Notes: generated from the sequence alone by a model not told the origin. 64,000 bases of DNA from Bacillota bacterium (GCA_023512375.1 JAILZS010000005.1:19370-83369); one strand, 5' to 3'. Shown: positions 13,101-23,277, counted from the stretch's first letter. Translations and numbers: made by a program.

Positions 13101-13764
13101 GGGTTGCAAGGGCGTGACCATCTACCGCGACCAGAGCCGCCACGCCCAGGTGCTCCACCGCGCCGACGAGGGGGAGGAGGCCGCGGCCGCCTCCGCCTCC
13201 GCCCCGGCGGTCAAGGCGGCGGCCGACGACGGCGGCCCCAGCCTGGCCCGCCGCCCGCGCCGCATGCGGGGCGAGTGCTTCCTGGTGCCCACGCACTTCG
13301 GCAACCTGACGCTCGACGTGCACGAGGACCCGGCCACGGGCGAGCCGGTGGAGATCATCGCCAGCGCCGGCACGGCGGGGTCCGACCTCATGGCGGACGC
13401 CGTCGCCCTGGGGATGGCGGCGTCGGTCCTCCTGCGCCTCAAGGGGCCGGTGCCCAAGCGCGAGCGCTTGGAGATCCTGATCGAGAAGTTCCGCAACATC
13501 GGGGGGGCGAAGAACGGACCCGTGGCCCTGGGAGCGGCCGCCTCCCTGGCGCAGGGCATCGCCCGCGGCCTCGAGCAGTACTTGGAGAGCCTGGACGGCG
13601 GCACATCTCCCCCGACGGCGGTCGCGACCGCCCCGGCGGCGCCGCCCCCCTCCCAGGGACGGCAGGCCGACTTCGACCTCTGCCCGGCATGCGGCACGTA
13701 CAGCATGGAGATGGTGGAAGGCTGCCGCACCTGCCACGCCTGCGGGTTCTCCAACTGCTCGTGA
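10108..13764 (+). CDS. nrdJ: class II (adenosylcobalamin-dependent) ribonucleotide reductase, intein-containing, with C-terminal TSCPD/Zn-ribbon region
   Basis: FVPGGRILAGAG, TLYNCYV, SRGGGVG, GGSRRGALM, NP[intein]CAEQPL, RRLGLG, APTGT, DSSISKT, KGVTIYRD, terminal CPAC...CHAC; GGGGAGGGG RBS before GTG 10108. Confidence 0.93.
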   Translation: MGDPGVGPEVVPVGGGGGAAPGVGARKGEGQGGEGGYDPSRHFGSDLAYKVFLDRYTKKDIERRFRVGDVALALVLDDPQWPRKEVARVLRVDGDELELEIVTGPEKGERIRRERSACDRPVETTPEAVWRRVADALAEVEREEVRPLWRERFYEALSGWKFVPGGRILAGAGMGNLTLYNCYVVPSPRDSRQGIIETLGQMIEIMSRGGGVGINVSSLRPRRAVVRGVNGRSSGAVSWMDLYSRATGLVEQGGSRRGALMLMLHDWHPDLLRFIDAKRTPGMVENANISVCVSDAFMQAVKRDEMWELRFPDTDDPDYNALWTGDLEAWERAGKPTITYDRRPAREIWQRLIESAWASAEPGIAFLERSNKQSNSWYFHPLIATNPCVTGDTLIFTGQGLRRADELFLSHTPVEAVVDGRMKAGRTAAASPVFLTGLKPVVRVLTREGYSVRVTPDHRIYSDERGWVPAAELRRGEAVRILDHPGGFGTEGSEDLGRVLGYMSVAARRRGDTLRLAFAPERQAELEPLLTACVRRLGGVGEDAAGAGGPARRSRSAAMVGHQLGEIAFAHGLGVGSPAVPDAVSRGSEAMQRGYLQAVFEAGGYLSQARGRPVLTARAPAGLLRGVQQLLLNMGIASRLRTARGHELDDNLPALLTLEREGLLRFCAVVGALSPSRRGALADAAAELRRHPLAPERYVAHVERVVEDGMEAVYDLTEPETHSFVAGGLVVHNCAEQPLPAWGVCCLGHVNLSRFVAEGEVDWDGLSRTVRAAVRFLDNVVDATPYYFEENAATQKGERRLGLGTMGLGEVLIRLGMRYGSPESVRFIDRLYAFIAHEAYAASCDLAEEKGAFPLFDPERFLESGFMQGMPEDIRERVRTKGIRNVTLLTQAPTGTVGTMVGTSTGIEPFYALKYLRQSRLGVDEQYVAVAEEWMRDHPGEPLPPYFVGAMDLTPDEHIRVQAAVQRWTDSSISKTANAPADYTVEDTRRLYELAYDLGCKGVTIYRDQSRHAQVLHRADEGEEAAAASASAPAVKAAADDGGPSLARRPRRMRGECFLVPTHFGNLTLDVHEDPATGEPVEIIASAGTAGSDLMADAVALGMAASVLLRLKGPVPKRERLEILIEKFRNIGGAKNGPVALGAAASLAQGIARGLEQYLESLDGGTSPPTAVATAPAAPPPSQGRQADFDLCPACGTYSMEMVEGCRTCHACGFSNCS
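11269..12306 (+). mobile_element. intein (346 aa) with degenerate LAGLIDADG homing endonuclease
   Basis: Block A CVTGDTLI, block B VRVTPDHRI, block F VYDLTEPETHSFVAGG, block G VVHN followed by +1 Cys; removal restores ATNPCAEQPL. Confidence 0.93.
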
Positions 13765-13915
13765 GGCGGCCGGGGAGGAGGACGGGGCGGGGGCGGCGAA
13801 GGCCGCCCCCGCCCCGTCGCGGTCGGGCGTGGCGGAAGGGGGCTGGGGCGGGGTGATACCACTCCTCTTCCTGTTCGTCGCCCGCCTCGGGCAGGGAGGG
13901 AGGGGGATCGAGGGG

Positions 13916-14206
13916 ATGCTCCTCGTCCTGTTCCTCTTCGCCGTCCTGTGGGTGGCGCCCGCAGCCGTGGCCTACCATCTGGGGGAGCGGCGCGGCCTCG
14001 GCCTGGTTGGGCTGTTGTTGGGCGTCTTCCTGAGCTGGCTCGGGGTGGCGGTGGTCCTCGTCCTCCCCGGCGGCACGGACGAGGACCAGGTGCGCGCCGA
14101 GCGCCTGGCCGCGGGCACGCACGCCGTCTGCCCCTGGTGTCGGGAGCTCGTGCGCACCGGCGCCGTGGTCTGCCCGCACTGCCGGCGCGACCTGCCGGTG
14201 GCGTGA
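13916..14206 (+). CDS. small membrane protein with C-terminal double zinc-ribbon
   Basis: Two TM segments, then CPWC...CPHC; GAGGGG RBS. Confidence 0.7.
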   Translation: MLLVLFLFAVLWVAPAAVAYHLGERRGLGLVGLLLGVFLSWLGVAVVLVLPGGTDEDQVRAERLAAGTHAVCPWCRELVRTGAVVCPHCRRDLPVA

Positions 14207-14227
14207 CGGTAAGGCCCCTGTGGCGGC

Positions 14228-15472
14228 TCAGGCAGCGCCGTCCCAGCGCCGAAGGACGATGCAGGCGTTCTGCCCCCCCAGCCCGAAGGCGTTGAGGAGC
14301 ACGGTGCGCAGGGGGGCCGGGCGGGCCCTCCCGGGCACGTAGTCGAGGTCGCACTCGGGGTCGGGGTGCTCGAGATGGGCCGTGGGCGGGATGAGGCCGT
14401 GGCGCAGGGCGCTCACCGCCGCCACCGCCTCCATCGCCCCCGAGGCGGAGGCGGCGTGGCCGATCATGGACTTCATGCTCGACACCGGCACCCGGTAGGC
14501 GGCCTCGCCCAGGACGGCCTTGATGGCGGCCGTCTCGGTGCGGTCGTTGAGGACGGTGGAGGTGCCGTGCGCCTTCACCCAGTCCACCTCCTGCGGGCGG
14601 ACGCCGGCGTCGGCCAGGGCCCGCCGCATGGCCAGGGCCTGGCCGGCGGCGTCGGGGGCGGTCTCGTCGCGGGCGTCGAACGACCAGCCGGCGCCCGCCA
14701 CCTCGGCCAGGATGGGGGCGCCCCGCGCGCGCGCCCGCGACTCGCGCTCGAGCACGAGCACGCCCGCCCCCTCGGCCAGGACGAAACCGTCGCGCTCGCG
14801 GTCGAAGGGGCGGGAGGCGCCCTCGGGGTCCTCGCGCCGCGTGAGGGCGCCGATCTGCCCCAGGACGGCCACGGCCAGGGGGTTGAGGATCGCCTCCGTC
14901 CCTCCGGCCAGGATCCGTTCCGCCCGCCCGACGCGCACGAGATGCATCGCCTGGCCGATGGCGTCCAGGCCGCTGGCGCAGGCGCTGTTCACGGTAGTGG
15001 CCACGCCGTGCAGGCCGAGTTCCATGCCCACCCGCACGGCGGCCATGTATCCAGCCCACTTCGACAGGTAGAGCGGATCGACGCGGCGGGCGCCGCGGGC
15101 TTGGAGCACCTGCTCCTGGTCGCCGCCCTGGAAGAGGCCGCCTGCGGTGCCGATCACCACCCCCGTTTCCTCGGCCACCTCCGGGTCGGACAGGTCGAGG
15201 CCCGACATCGCCAGGGCCTCCCGCGCCGCCACGAGGGCGAACTGGCCGAAGCGGGCGGTGCGCCGCGCGGTGCGATGTCCCAGGAGGGCGTCGGGGTCGA
15301 AGTCCGGCACGCTCGCACCCACCCGCACCGGCAGCGCGTCGTGAGGGAACGGCAGGCGGGTGACGGCGTTCTTCCCGGCGGCCAAACCCTGCCACAGTAC
15401 CTCGTGGCCGATGCCGTAGGGGCTCACCGCCCCCACCCCGGTGACGACGATGCGGTCGCTCTCCTCTGCCAC
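14228..15472 (-). CDS. fabF: beta-ketoacyl-ACP synthase II
   Basis: IVVTGVG, SACASG (catalytic Cys), SRPFDRERDGFV, AHGTST..ND, KSMIGH, FGLGGQN. Confidence 0.9.
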   Translation of the reverse strand: MAEESDRIVVTGVGAVSPYGIGHEVLWQGLAAGKNAVTRLPFPHDALPVRVGASVPDFDPDALLGHRTARRTARFGQFALVAAREALAMSGLDLSDPEVAEETGVVIGTAGGLFQGGDQEQVLQARGARRVDPLYLSKWAGYMAAVRVGMELGLHGVATTVNSACASGLDAIGQAMHLVRVGRAERILAGGTEAILNPLAVAVLGQIGALTRREDPEGASRPFDRERDGFVLAEGAGVLVLERESRARARGAPILAEVAGAGWSFDARDETAPDAAGQALAMRRALADAGVRPQEVDWVKAHGTSTVLNDRTETAAIKAVLGEAAYRVPVSSMKSMIGHAASASGAMEAVAAVSALRHGLIPPTAHLEHPDPECDLDYVPGRARPAPLRTVLLNAFGLGGQNACIVLRRWDGAA

Positions 15473-15523
15473 GTCGGCCCCTCCCCGCCGGTCGTGCCGG
15501 CGACTTGTGTTTGTGCCTTGATC

Positions 15524-15540
15524 TTGGGAGCAGGTCATAG
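15524..15540 (-). promoter_or_regulatory. possible FapR-like operator in the fabF leader
   Basis: Minus strand CTATGACCTGCTCCCAA is a partial match to the 17-bp FapR palindrome; lies downstream of a TACAAT -10 element (~15586-15591). Confidence 0.35.
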
Positions 15541-15625
15541 ACACGGCCGACGCTCGCCGACCGCGCGTGCCGCAACGCGGTTGCCATTGTACACTGGCCC
15601 CATCGAGGCATAAAGGGGTGCGGCG

Positions 15626-15880
15626 GTGCGGCTGGTGATCGCGGTGGTGGACCGGCGGGCCGCGGGGGCGGCGCTGGAGCGGCTGCGCGCGGCCGGCTAC
15701 GGGGTGACGAGGCTCGCCTCCAGCGGCGGTTTTCTGCGCAGGGGCAACACCACGCTGTTCGCCGGTGTGGAGGACGACCAGGTGGACGGCGTGCTGGAGA
15801 TCCTGCGCGCGGCGGGGGCGGCCGCCCCGGGGGCGAGCGTGGCCTTCGTCACCTGCGTGGCCGAGGGGCGGCGCCTGTAG
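15626..15880 (+). CDS. darA: cyclic-di-AMP receptor, PII-like (DarA/PstA/YaaQ family), short variant
   Basis: MRLVIAVV...TRLASSGGFLRRGNTTL.GVEDD.V signature; AAGGGGTG RBS. Confidence 0.8.
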   Translation: MRLVIAVVDRRAAGAALERLRAAGYGVTRLASSGGFLRRGNTTLFAGVEDDQVDGVLEILRAAGAAAPGASVAFVTCVAEGRRL

Positions 15881-16703
15881 CGGAGCCGGCGGCCGGGGTG
15901 GGGTGGGCGCGCCCCGCCGCCACCAGCTCGTCCAAGGTGAGCATCTCGTACCCCCGCGCCCGCAGGGCGGGGAGGAGCTGGCGCGTGGCCTCCACGGTCT
16001 GGCTGCGGTCGGCGCCGCCGTCGTGCATGAGGACGATGTCCCCCGGGCGGAGCCGGCCGAGTACGCGCCGGACGATGGCGCCGCTGCCCGGATTCGTCCA
16101 GTCGCGGGTGTCGGTCGACCACAGGACGACCCGCTCTCCCAGGTCGTGGGCGACGCGCCGCACGCGAGGGCTGAGCGCCCCGTAGGGGGGGCGCAGCCAG
16201 TGCGGCCGCCGCCCGACGGTGCGCTCGACCGCGTCCGCGCCGCCCGCGACCGCCCGGCGCAAGGCCGCCTCTCCCAGGCCGGGGAGGTGGAGGTGGCGGT
16301 CGGCGTGGTTTTCGATCTCCATGCCCGCGCGCGCCGCCGCCCGCACCACCTCCGGGTGGCGGGCCACCTCCTCGCCCAGGACGAAGAACGTGGCGTGGGC
16401 GCCGTTCGCCTTGAGGAGGGCGACGATGGCCTCGGTGCCACCCGGGCCGGCGCGGGGGCCGTCGTCGTATGTGAGGGCGACGGCCGGGCGGGAGGTGGCG
16501 ACGCGGTACAAGGCGGGGGGGACGGCGGCGCCCGTGCCGGCCGTGCGGGGAGCGCCGCGGGCGCAGGCCGTACCCAGGGCGGTCACGGCGCATAGGGCCA
16601 GAGCCGCCGTCGCCGCCCACCGTCTCGCCCCCGTGTGCACCCTCGCCGTCGCCGCCACCTCCCGCCCGACCTTCGGCCGCCGCTGGCGGCCTACGGTAGC
16701 CAC
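15849..16703 (-). CDS. polysaccharide deacetylase (NodB/CE4 family), probable lipoprotein
   Basis: VALTYDDGP, ATFFVLG, ENHADRH, LRPPYG, DTRDW, IVLMHDGG; LGTAC lipobox-like N-terminus; start approximate. Confidence 0.85.
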   Translation of the reverse strand: MATVGRQRRPKVGREVAATARVHTGARRWAATAALALCAVTALGTACARGAPRTAGTGAAVPPALYRVATSRPAVALTYDDGPRAGPGGTEAIVALLKANGAHATFFVLGEEVARHPEVVRAAARAGMEIENHADRHLHLPGLGEAALRRAVAGGADAVERTVGRRPHWLRPPYGALSPRVRRVAHDLGERVVLWSTDTRDWTNPGSGAIVRRVLGRLRPGDIVLMHDGGADRSQTVEATRQLLPALRARGYEMLTLDELVAAGRAHPTPAAGSATGAAPRPRR

Positions 16704-16796
16704 GGTGTCCTGCGACGGCCGCCGGCATGCGCGGCAGCTGGTCCGCCCTGGGCTACAATCGAGTCGACGTCAACGCGTTCGAGGAGGCGGGTCGGG

Positions 16797-18218
<1,422 letters not shown>

Positions 18219-18291
18219 GCGGGTACGGGAAGCGTCCGTCCGCCGCTTATGACAAGCCGGCGTGGGGCAACCTAGCGCCGGGGGTGATGGC

Positions 18292-18573
18292 ATGGCAGGA
18301 GGGCGCTTCGACCGCGACCGCTTCGCCTACGAGCTGGCGCAGGAACTGGGGGTGGACTACGCCCCCGTGCCGGAGGACCGCCCGCCCGACTCGGCGGTGC
18401 GGGAGGTGCAGGACGACATCCAGGCCACCATGGAGGTGGGCCCCCGTGCCCCCGTGGGCCGGGCCGGCGTGACGGCGGGGGCGGCGAGCGGGCTCGCCGC
18501 CGTCAACCGGGCGCGGCGCACGCCCACGCGCCTGACGGCGAGGGCGGACAGCGAAGACGACGACCGGCGCTAG
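18292..18573 (+). CDS. small protein with alpha/beta-SASP-like N-terminal motif
   Basis: DRFAYELAQELGV resembles SASP (D..KYE.A.ELG); GGGGTGA RBS. Confidence 0.5.
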   Translation: MAGGRFDRDRFAYELAQELGVDYAPVPEDRPPDSAVREVQDDIQATMEVGPRAPVGRAGVTAGAASGLAAVNRARRTPTRLTARADSEDDDRR

Positions 18574-18626
18574 GGCGCCATCTTGCGGCCCGGGCGGTAT
18601 CGCCCGGGCCTTGGCGCGGCGCGGGC

Positions 18627-18989
18627 CTAGGCGATGCGGGTGCCGTCGGGCACCTTGCAGTCGGGGTGCAGGAGGACGACGTCGCCCTCCTCCGGCATGG
18701 CCCCCAAGACCAACACCTCCGAGCGCACGCCGGCGATGCGGCGGGGTGGGAAGTTGAGCACCGCCACCACCTGCCGGCCCACCAGCTCGTCGGGGCGGTA
18801 GCGCCGGGTGAGCTGGGCGCTCGAAGTGCGCATCCCCAACGGGCCGAAGTCGATCTCCAGCACGTAGGCCGGCTTGCGCGCCCCCTCGTTGGGGCGGGCC
18901 GACCGCACCGTGCCGACGCGCAGGTCGTAGGCGAAGAACCCCTCCACCTCGCGGGTGGGGAGGACGGGGGCGTCGGGCCTGAGGTCCAT
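18627..18989 (-). CDS. csaA: tRNA-binding protein / secretion chaperone CsaA
   Basis: DLRVGTV, KPAYVLEIDFG, SSAQLT, NFPPRRIAG..SEVLVLG. Confidence 0.9.
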   Translation of the reverse strand: MDLRPDAPVLPTREVEGFFAYDLRVGTVRSARPNEGARKPAYVLEIDFGPLGMRTSSAQLTRRYRPDELVGRQVVAVLNFPPRRIAGVRSEVLVLGAMPEEGDVVLLHPDCKVPDGTRIA

Positions 18990-19097
18990 CGTTCGAGGCT
19001 TCCCTCCTGTGTCGGGGGAGGGCGACCGGGGGCGCCCCCTCCCCAGCGTTCTACCGCAGGCGTACGGGCCATACGGTGGGGACGAGGGGGTGGGATC

Positions 19098-19778
19098 GTG
19101 CGGGCGCAGACCATCGGCTGGAACCGGTCTTCCCCCGCCACGCCGCCGCCCCCGGCCGAGCCGCAGGGGCCCTGGGCCGGACGCCTCATCGGCGTGCTCC
19201 TCCTGGTCCTCGCCCTGGCCGCCCTCTACCACGGCACGGCCGGGCAGGCGGTGTGGCGTGAGCTGACCGGCTACGTGGCGGGCGGGCAGGCCTTGGGGAC
19301 GGGGCGGACGCAGGCGCGCCCGGCGGCCGCCACGGTGGCCGTGCCCGAGAGCGACATCCTGGCGGCGGCCGCGGGCGACGTGGCGGCCGCCGGCGGAGAG
19401 GTGGAGCGCGGCCAGTGGCGCGCCGCCGCCGCCACGCTCGGGCGACTGGAGAACGAGTGGCTGCGCCTGTCCGGCATGCTGGCCGTGGACCGCATCCCGG
19501 TCCTCGACATCAACAACTTCACCGCCCTGCTCACCGACACGCAGGCCCGCGTGGCCGCCCGCGACGCCGCCCGGGCCCGCCTGGACATGAACCGCCTGGC
19601 GAGCGAGTTCGACGTCCTGGCCCTGGACTTCGTGGGCACGCAGTCGCCCACCTTCGTCGAGCTCCGGGACCTGTCCGACGACCTGAGCGGAGGCGTGCGG
19701 GCGCGCGACTGGTCCCGCGTCTCGGCCGACGCCCAGGCCCTGGCCACCCTGGTGCAGCAGATCGAGCAGGGGTACTGA
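19098..19778 (+). CDS. hypothetical membrane-anchored helical protein
   Basis: Single N-terminal TM followed by amphipathic helices; GAGGGGG RBS; host-like codon use. Confidence 0.65.
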   Translation: MRAQTIGWNRSSPATPPPPAEPQGPWAGRLIGVLLLVLALAALYHGTAGQAVWRELTGYVAGGQALGTGRTQARPAAATVAVPESDILAAAAGDVAAAGGEVERGQWRAAAATLGRLENEWLRLSGMLAVDRIPVLDINNFTALLTDTQARVAARDAARARLDMNRLASEFDVLALDFVGTQSPTFVELRDLSDDLSGGVRARDWSRVSADAQALATLVQQIEQGY

Positions 19779-19860
19779 TCTCCTCCCTCTCGCCTTCCGT
19801 CCCAGAGCGCGAACCGGTACACTGCGGAAGGACGAGGCAGCGGAGGAGAAGGGGAGGTCC

Positions 19861-20946
19861 GTGCTCACGGCGGCCCTGGTGGGGCTCCCGCTCAGCGGGC
19901 GCTCCACAGTGTTGAATTTGCTCACCGGCGCGGGCGTTGAGGTGCGCGCCTTCGCCACGGGCCGGGCGGAGACCGAGCGCGGCGTGGCGAATGTGCCCGA
20001 CCGGCGCCTGACCTACCTGGCCGACATGTACCACCCGCGCAAGGTCACCCCCGCCCAGCTCGAGGTCGTCGAGGTGCCCGGCCTGGTGCGCGGCTCGAGC
20101 GAGGGGGCGGGGGTGGGCAACCGCTTTCTGGCGGAGATCCGGACCGTGGACGCGGTGGTGCACGTCCTTCGCGCCTTCACGGATGCGCGGGTGCCGCACC
20201 CCGAGGGGCGCATCGACCCCCTGGCGGACCTGGAGACGGTGGAGCTGGAGCTGCTCATGTCCGACCTGGGGGTGCTCGAACGGCGCCTGGAGCGCCTGAC
20301 CACCGGCAAGCGCAAGGCGGCCGACGAGGCGGAGCGCCGCCTTCTCGAGCGGTGCGTGGCCGCCCTGGGCGAGGGGCGCTCCGTGCGCTCCCTCGACCTG
20401 GGTGCGGAGGAGCGCTCCCTCCTGGCGGGGTTCGGCCTTCTCACCGAGAAGCCCGCGGTGTGGCTGCTCAACGTGGACGAGGGGCAGCTTACGGGCGACG
20501 ACCCGGTGCGCCGGCGGGTGCAGGAGGCGGCGGCGCGGGCAGGCGTCCCGCTCGTCGTCCTGAGCGCCAAGATCGAATCCGAGATCGCCCAGCTTGGGCC
20601 GGAGGAGCGCGCCCTCTTCCTGTCCGACCTGGGGGTGGAGGAAAGCGGCATCGACCGCCTGGCCCGCGCCGCCTACAGCGCGCTGGGCCTCATCTCGTTC
20701 CTCACCGCCGGGCCGGACGAGGTGCGGGCGTGGACGATCCGGCGCGGCGCCACCGCCCAGGAGGCGGCCGGGCGCATCCACTCCGACATCGCCCGAGGCT
20801 TCATCCGCGCCGAGGTGGTGGCGTTCGAGGACCTCAGGGCGGCCGGCAGCATGGCCCGGGCGCGGGAGCTGGGGCGGGTGCGCCTCGAGGGCAAGGAGTA
20901 CGTGATGGCCGACGGGGACGTGGTGAACTTCCGCTTCCACGTCTGA
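19861..20946 (+). CDS. ychF: redox-regulated ATPase YchF
   Basis: GLPLSGRST P-loop variant, PGLVRGSSEGAGVGNRFL, FLTAGPDEVRAW, IHSDIARGFIRAEV, LEGKEY, TGS domain. Confidence 0.92.
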   Translation: MLTAALVGLPLSGRSTVLNLLTGAGVEVRAFATGRAETERGVANVPDRRLTYLADMYHPRKVTPAQLEVVEVPGLVRGSSEGAGVGNRFLAEIRTVDAVVHVLRAFTDARVPHPEGRIDPLADLETVELELLMSDLGVLERRLERLTTGKRKAADEAERRLLERCVAALGEGRSVRSLDLGAEERSLLAGFGLLTEKPAVWLLNVDEGQLTGDDPVRRRVQEAAARAGVPLVVLSAKIESEIAQLGPEERALFLSDLGVEESGIDRLARAAYSALGLISFLTAGPDEVRAWTIRRGATAQEAAGRIHSDIARGFIRAEVVAFEDLRAAGSMARARELGRVRLEGKEYVMADGDVVNFRFHV

Positions 20947-20986
20947 CCGCCTCCGGGGGCGGCGCCGGTGCATGGGGGGAGAGGGC

Positions 20987-22327
20987 ATGGAGACGGGAGA
21001 GGGCGCGAGGACGGCGCAGGGGGGCGTGGGGACGGCGGGCCCCGGGCCGGCGTCGCTGGCGCTCATGGAGCGGGCGCAAAGGCGCATCCCGGGGGGCGTG
21101 AACTCGCCCGTGCGGGCGGCGCGGGCGGTGGGGGGACGGCCCCGCTTTTTGCGCTCCGGCCGGGGGGCGTACGCCGTGGACGCCGACGGGCGGGAGTACG
21201 TGGACTGGGCGATGTCCTACGGCCCGCTCATCCTGGGCCATGCCCACCCCGCCGTGGTGGCGGCTGTCACGGAGGCGGCGCGGCACGGGACCACCTTCGG
21301 CGCCCCCACGGAGGCGGAGGTGCGCCTGGCGGAGACGATCTGCGAGCGCGTCCCGAGCGTCGAGCGCGTCCGGCTCACCTCCAGCGGCACCGAGGCGACG
21401 ATGAGCGCCCTGCGCCTGGCGCGGGCGTTCACCGGCCGGGACGACGTGATCAAGTTCGCCGGCGGCTACCACGGCCACGCCGACGCCTTCCTGGTGGAGG
21501 CGGGGTCCGGCGTTCTGAGCACGGGCATCCCAGGCTCCGCGGGGGTGCCGGAGGACACGGTGCGGCACACGGTGGTGGTGCCGTACAACGACCTTGCGGC
21601 TGTCGAGGAGGCGCTTCGGCAGCGCCCTGCGGCGGCCGTGTTCGTGGAACCGGTGGCCGGCAACATGGGCGTGGTGGCGCCGCTGCCGGGTTTCCTCCCC
21701 GGCCTTCGCGCCCTGTGCGACCGCTACGGGGCGCTGCTCGTGTTCGACGAGGTGATCACGGGCTTCCGCGTGGCCCGCGGCGGGGCGCAGGAGCGCTACG
21801 GCGTGCGCCCCGACCTCACGACCATGGGGAAGATCGTGGGTGGAGGCATGCCCGTGGGGGCGTTCGGCGGCCGGGCCGACATCCTCTCCCTTCTGGCGCC
21901 CGAGGGCACGGTCTTTCAGGCCGGGACGCTGTCGGGCAACCCCCTGGCCATGGCGGCCGGCCTCGCCACGTTGGGGGAGCTCGATCGTCCGGGGACGTAC
22001 GAGGGGCTGGAGCGCACCGCGGCCGCCCTCGCCCAGGGCCTGGAGGAGGCGGCGCGGGAGGCGGGGGTTGCGCTGTACGTGGCCCGGGTGGGATCCATGC
22101 TCACCCCGTTCTTCCGCGCCGGTTCGGTGACGAACCTGGACGACGTGCGCGCCTCCGACACCGCCGCCTACGCCCGCTTCTACCACGCCATGGCCGACCG
22201 GGGGGTGCTGCTGCCGCCTTCGCCCTTCGAGTGCCTGTTCGTGTCCACGGCGCACGGCGACGAGGAGGTCGAGCGCACGCTCGAGGCGGCGCGGCCGGCG
22301 ATGCGCGCCGCCGCAGGCGGCGCCTGA
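20987..22327 (+). CDS. hemL: glutamate-1-semialdehyde 2,1-aminomutase
   Basis: PGGVNSPVRA, SGTEATMSA, YHGH.D, FDEVITGFR, GKIVGGGMPVGA, QAGTLSGNP. Confidence 0.95.
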   Translation: METGEGARTAQGGVGTAGPGPASLALMERAQRRIPGGVNSPVRAARAVGGRPRFLRSGRGAYAVDADGREYVDWAMSYGPLILGHAHPAVVAAVTEAARHGTTFGAPTEAEVRLAETICERVPSVERVRLTSSGTEATMSALRLARAFTGRDDVIKFAGGYHGHADAFLVEAGSGVLSTGIPGSAGVPEDTVRHTVVVPYNDLAAVEEALRQRPAAAVFVEPVAGNMGVVAPLPGFLPGLRALCDRYGALLVFDEVITGFRVARGGAQERYGVRPDLTTMGKIVGGGMPVGAFGGRADILSLLAPEGTVFQAGTLSGNPLAMAAGLATLGELDRPGTYEGLERTAAALAQGLEEAAREAGVALYVARVGSMLTPFFRAGSVTNLDDVRASDTAAYARFYHAMADRGVLLPPSPFECLFVSTAHGDEEVERTLEAARPAMRAAAGGA

Positions 22328-22426
22328 ACGCGGCGCGGCCCCGCACACCGGCGTCCGTCGCTTGCGGCGATGTCGCGGCGCGCGTAGAATTGCGTCTTGC
22401 GGCGGCGACGCCGCCGGGAGGGCGAC

Positions 22427-22897
22427 GTGGGGCGCGAGCAACGGACCGTGGCGGAAAACCGTCGGGCGCGCTTCGACTACGCCATCGTGGAGACGATGGA
22501 AGCCGGCCTGTGCCTGACGGGCAGCGAGGTGAAGTCGCTCCGGCTGGGGCGGGTGAACCTGCGCGACGCCCACGCATTGGTGCGGGGGGGCGAGGTGTTC
22601 CTCCTGAACGCCCACATCGCGCCGTACGAGCAGGCGAACCGGATGAATCACGACCCCACGCGCTCCCGCAAGCTCTTGCTGCACCGGCGCGAGATCGACC
22701 ATCTGGAGGGACGCGTGCGCCAGCAGGGGCTCACCCTGGTGCCGTTGCGGGTGTACTTTACGCCCCGGGGCCTGGCCAAGGTGGAGATCGCCCTCGCACG
22801 CGGCAAGCGCCGATACGACAAGCGCCAGAGCATGGCGGAGCGCGACGCCCAGCGCCAGATTGCGCGCGCCCTGCGACAGCGCCAGCGCGGCGGCTAG
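22427..22897 (+). CDS. smpB: SsrA-binding protein
   Basis: NRRARFDY, LTGSEVKSLR, RKLLLHRREI, GKRRYDKR. Confidence 0.97.
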   Translation: MGREQRTVAENRRARFDYAIVETMEAGLCLTGSEVKSLRLGRVNLRDAHALVRGGEVFLLNAHIAPYEQANRMNHDPTRSRKLLLHRREIDHLEGRVRQQGLTLVPLRVYFTPRGLAKVEIALARGKRRYDKRQSMAERDAQRQIARALRQRQRGG

Positions 22898-22924
22898 GGG
22901 CGACGGCCGAGAGCGAAAAGGTTT

Positions 22925-23277
22925 GGGGGCGAGTCAGCTTCGACATCGGGCGATCCGGACGAGGACGCGAGCCGGGGGGCCGGGCCCCGTCAACAACACG
23001 GCGTTCCTTACCTGCCAACCGCAACAGCGAACTGGCACTCGCGGCGTAACGCCGCGACGTCCCGGGACCCGCAGGCCCGCGGCGACCTGAGGACGTAACG
23101 TAGCGGGATGCCGCACGCGGATGCCCGGCCGCGGGCGAAAGACGCATCCGGGCTGGGAAGGCGGACGACCCCGTCCTCGGGGGCGCCGCGGACGACAAGC
23201 GTACGAGGACTACGCTCGTAGGGGATTCGTCGGGATGCCCGGTGGACCGGGGGGGCAGTTCCCCCGCGCCTCCACCA
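22925..23277 (+). ncRNA. ssrA: tmRNA (one-piece), tag peptide ANRNSELALAA encoded at 23014-23049
   Basis: GGGGGCG/CGCCTCC acceptor stem with G3-U wobble, 3' ACCA, TTCGAC near 5' end, tag ending LAA-stop, directly after smpB. Confidence 0.92.
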
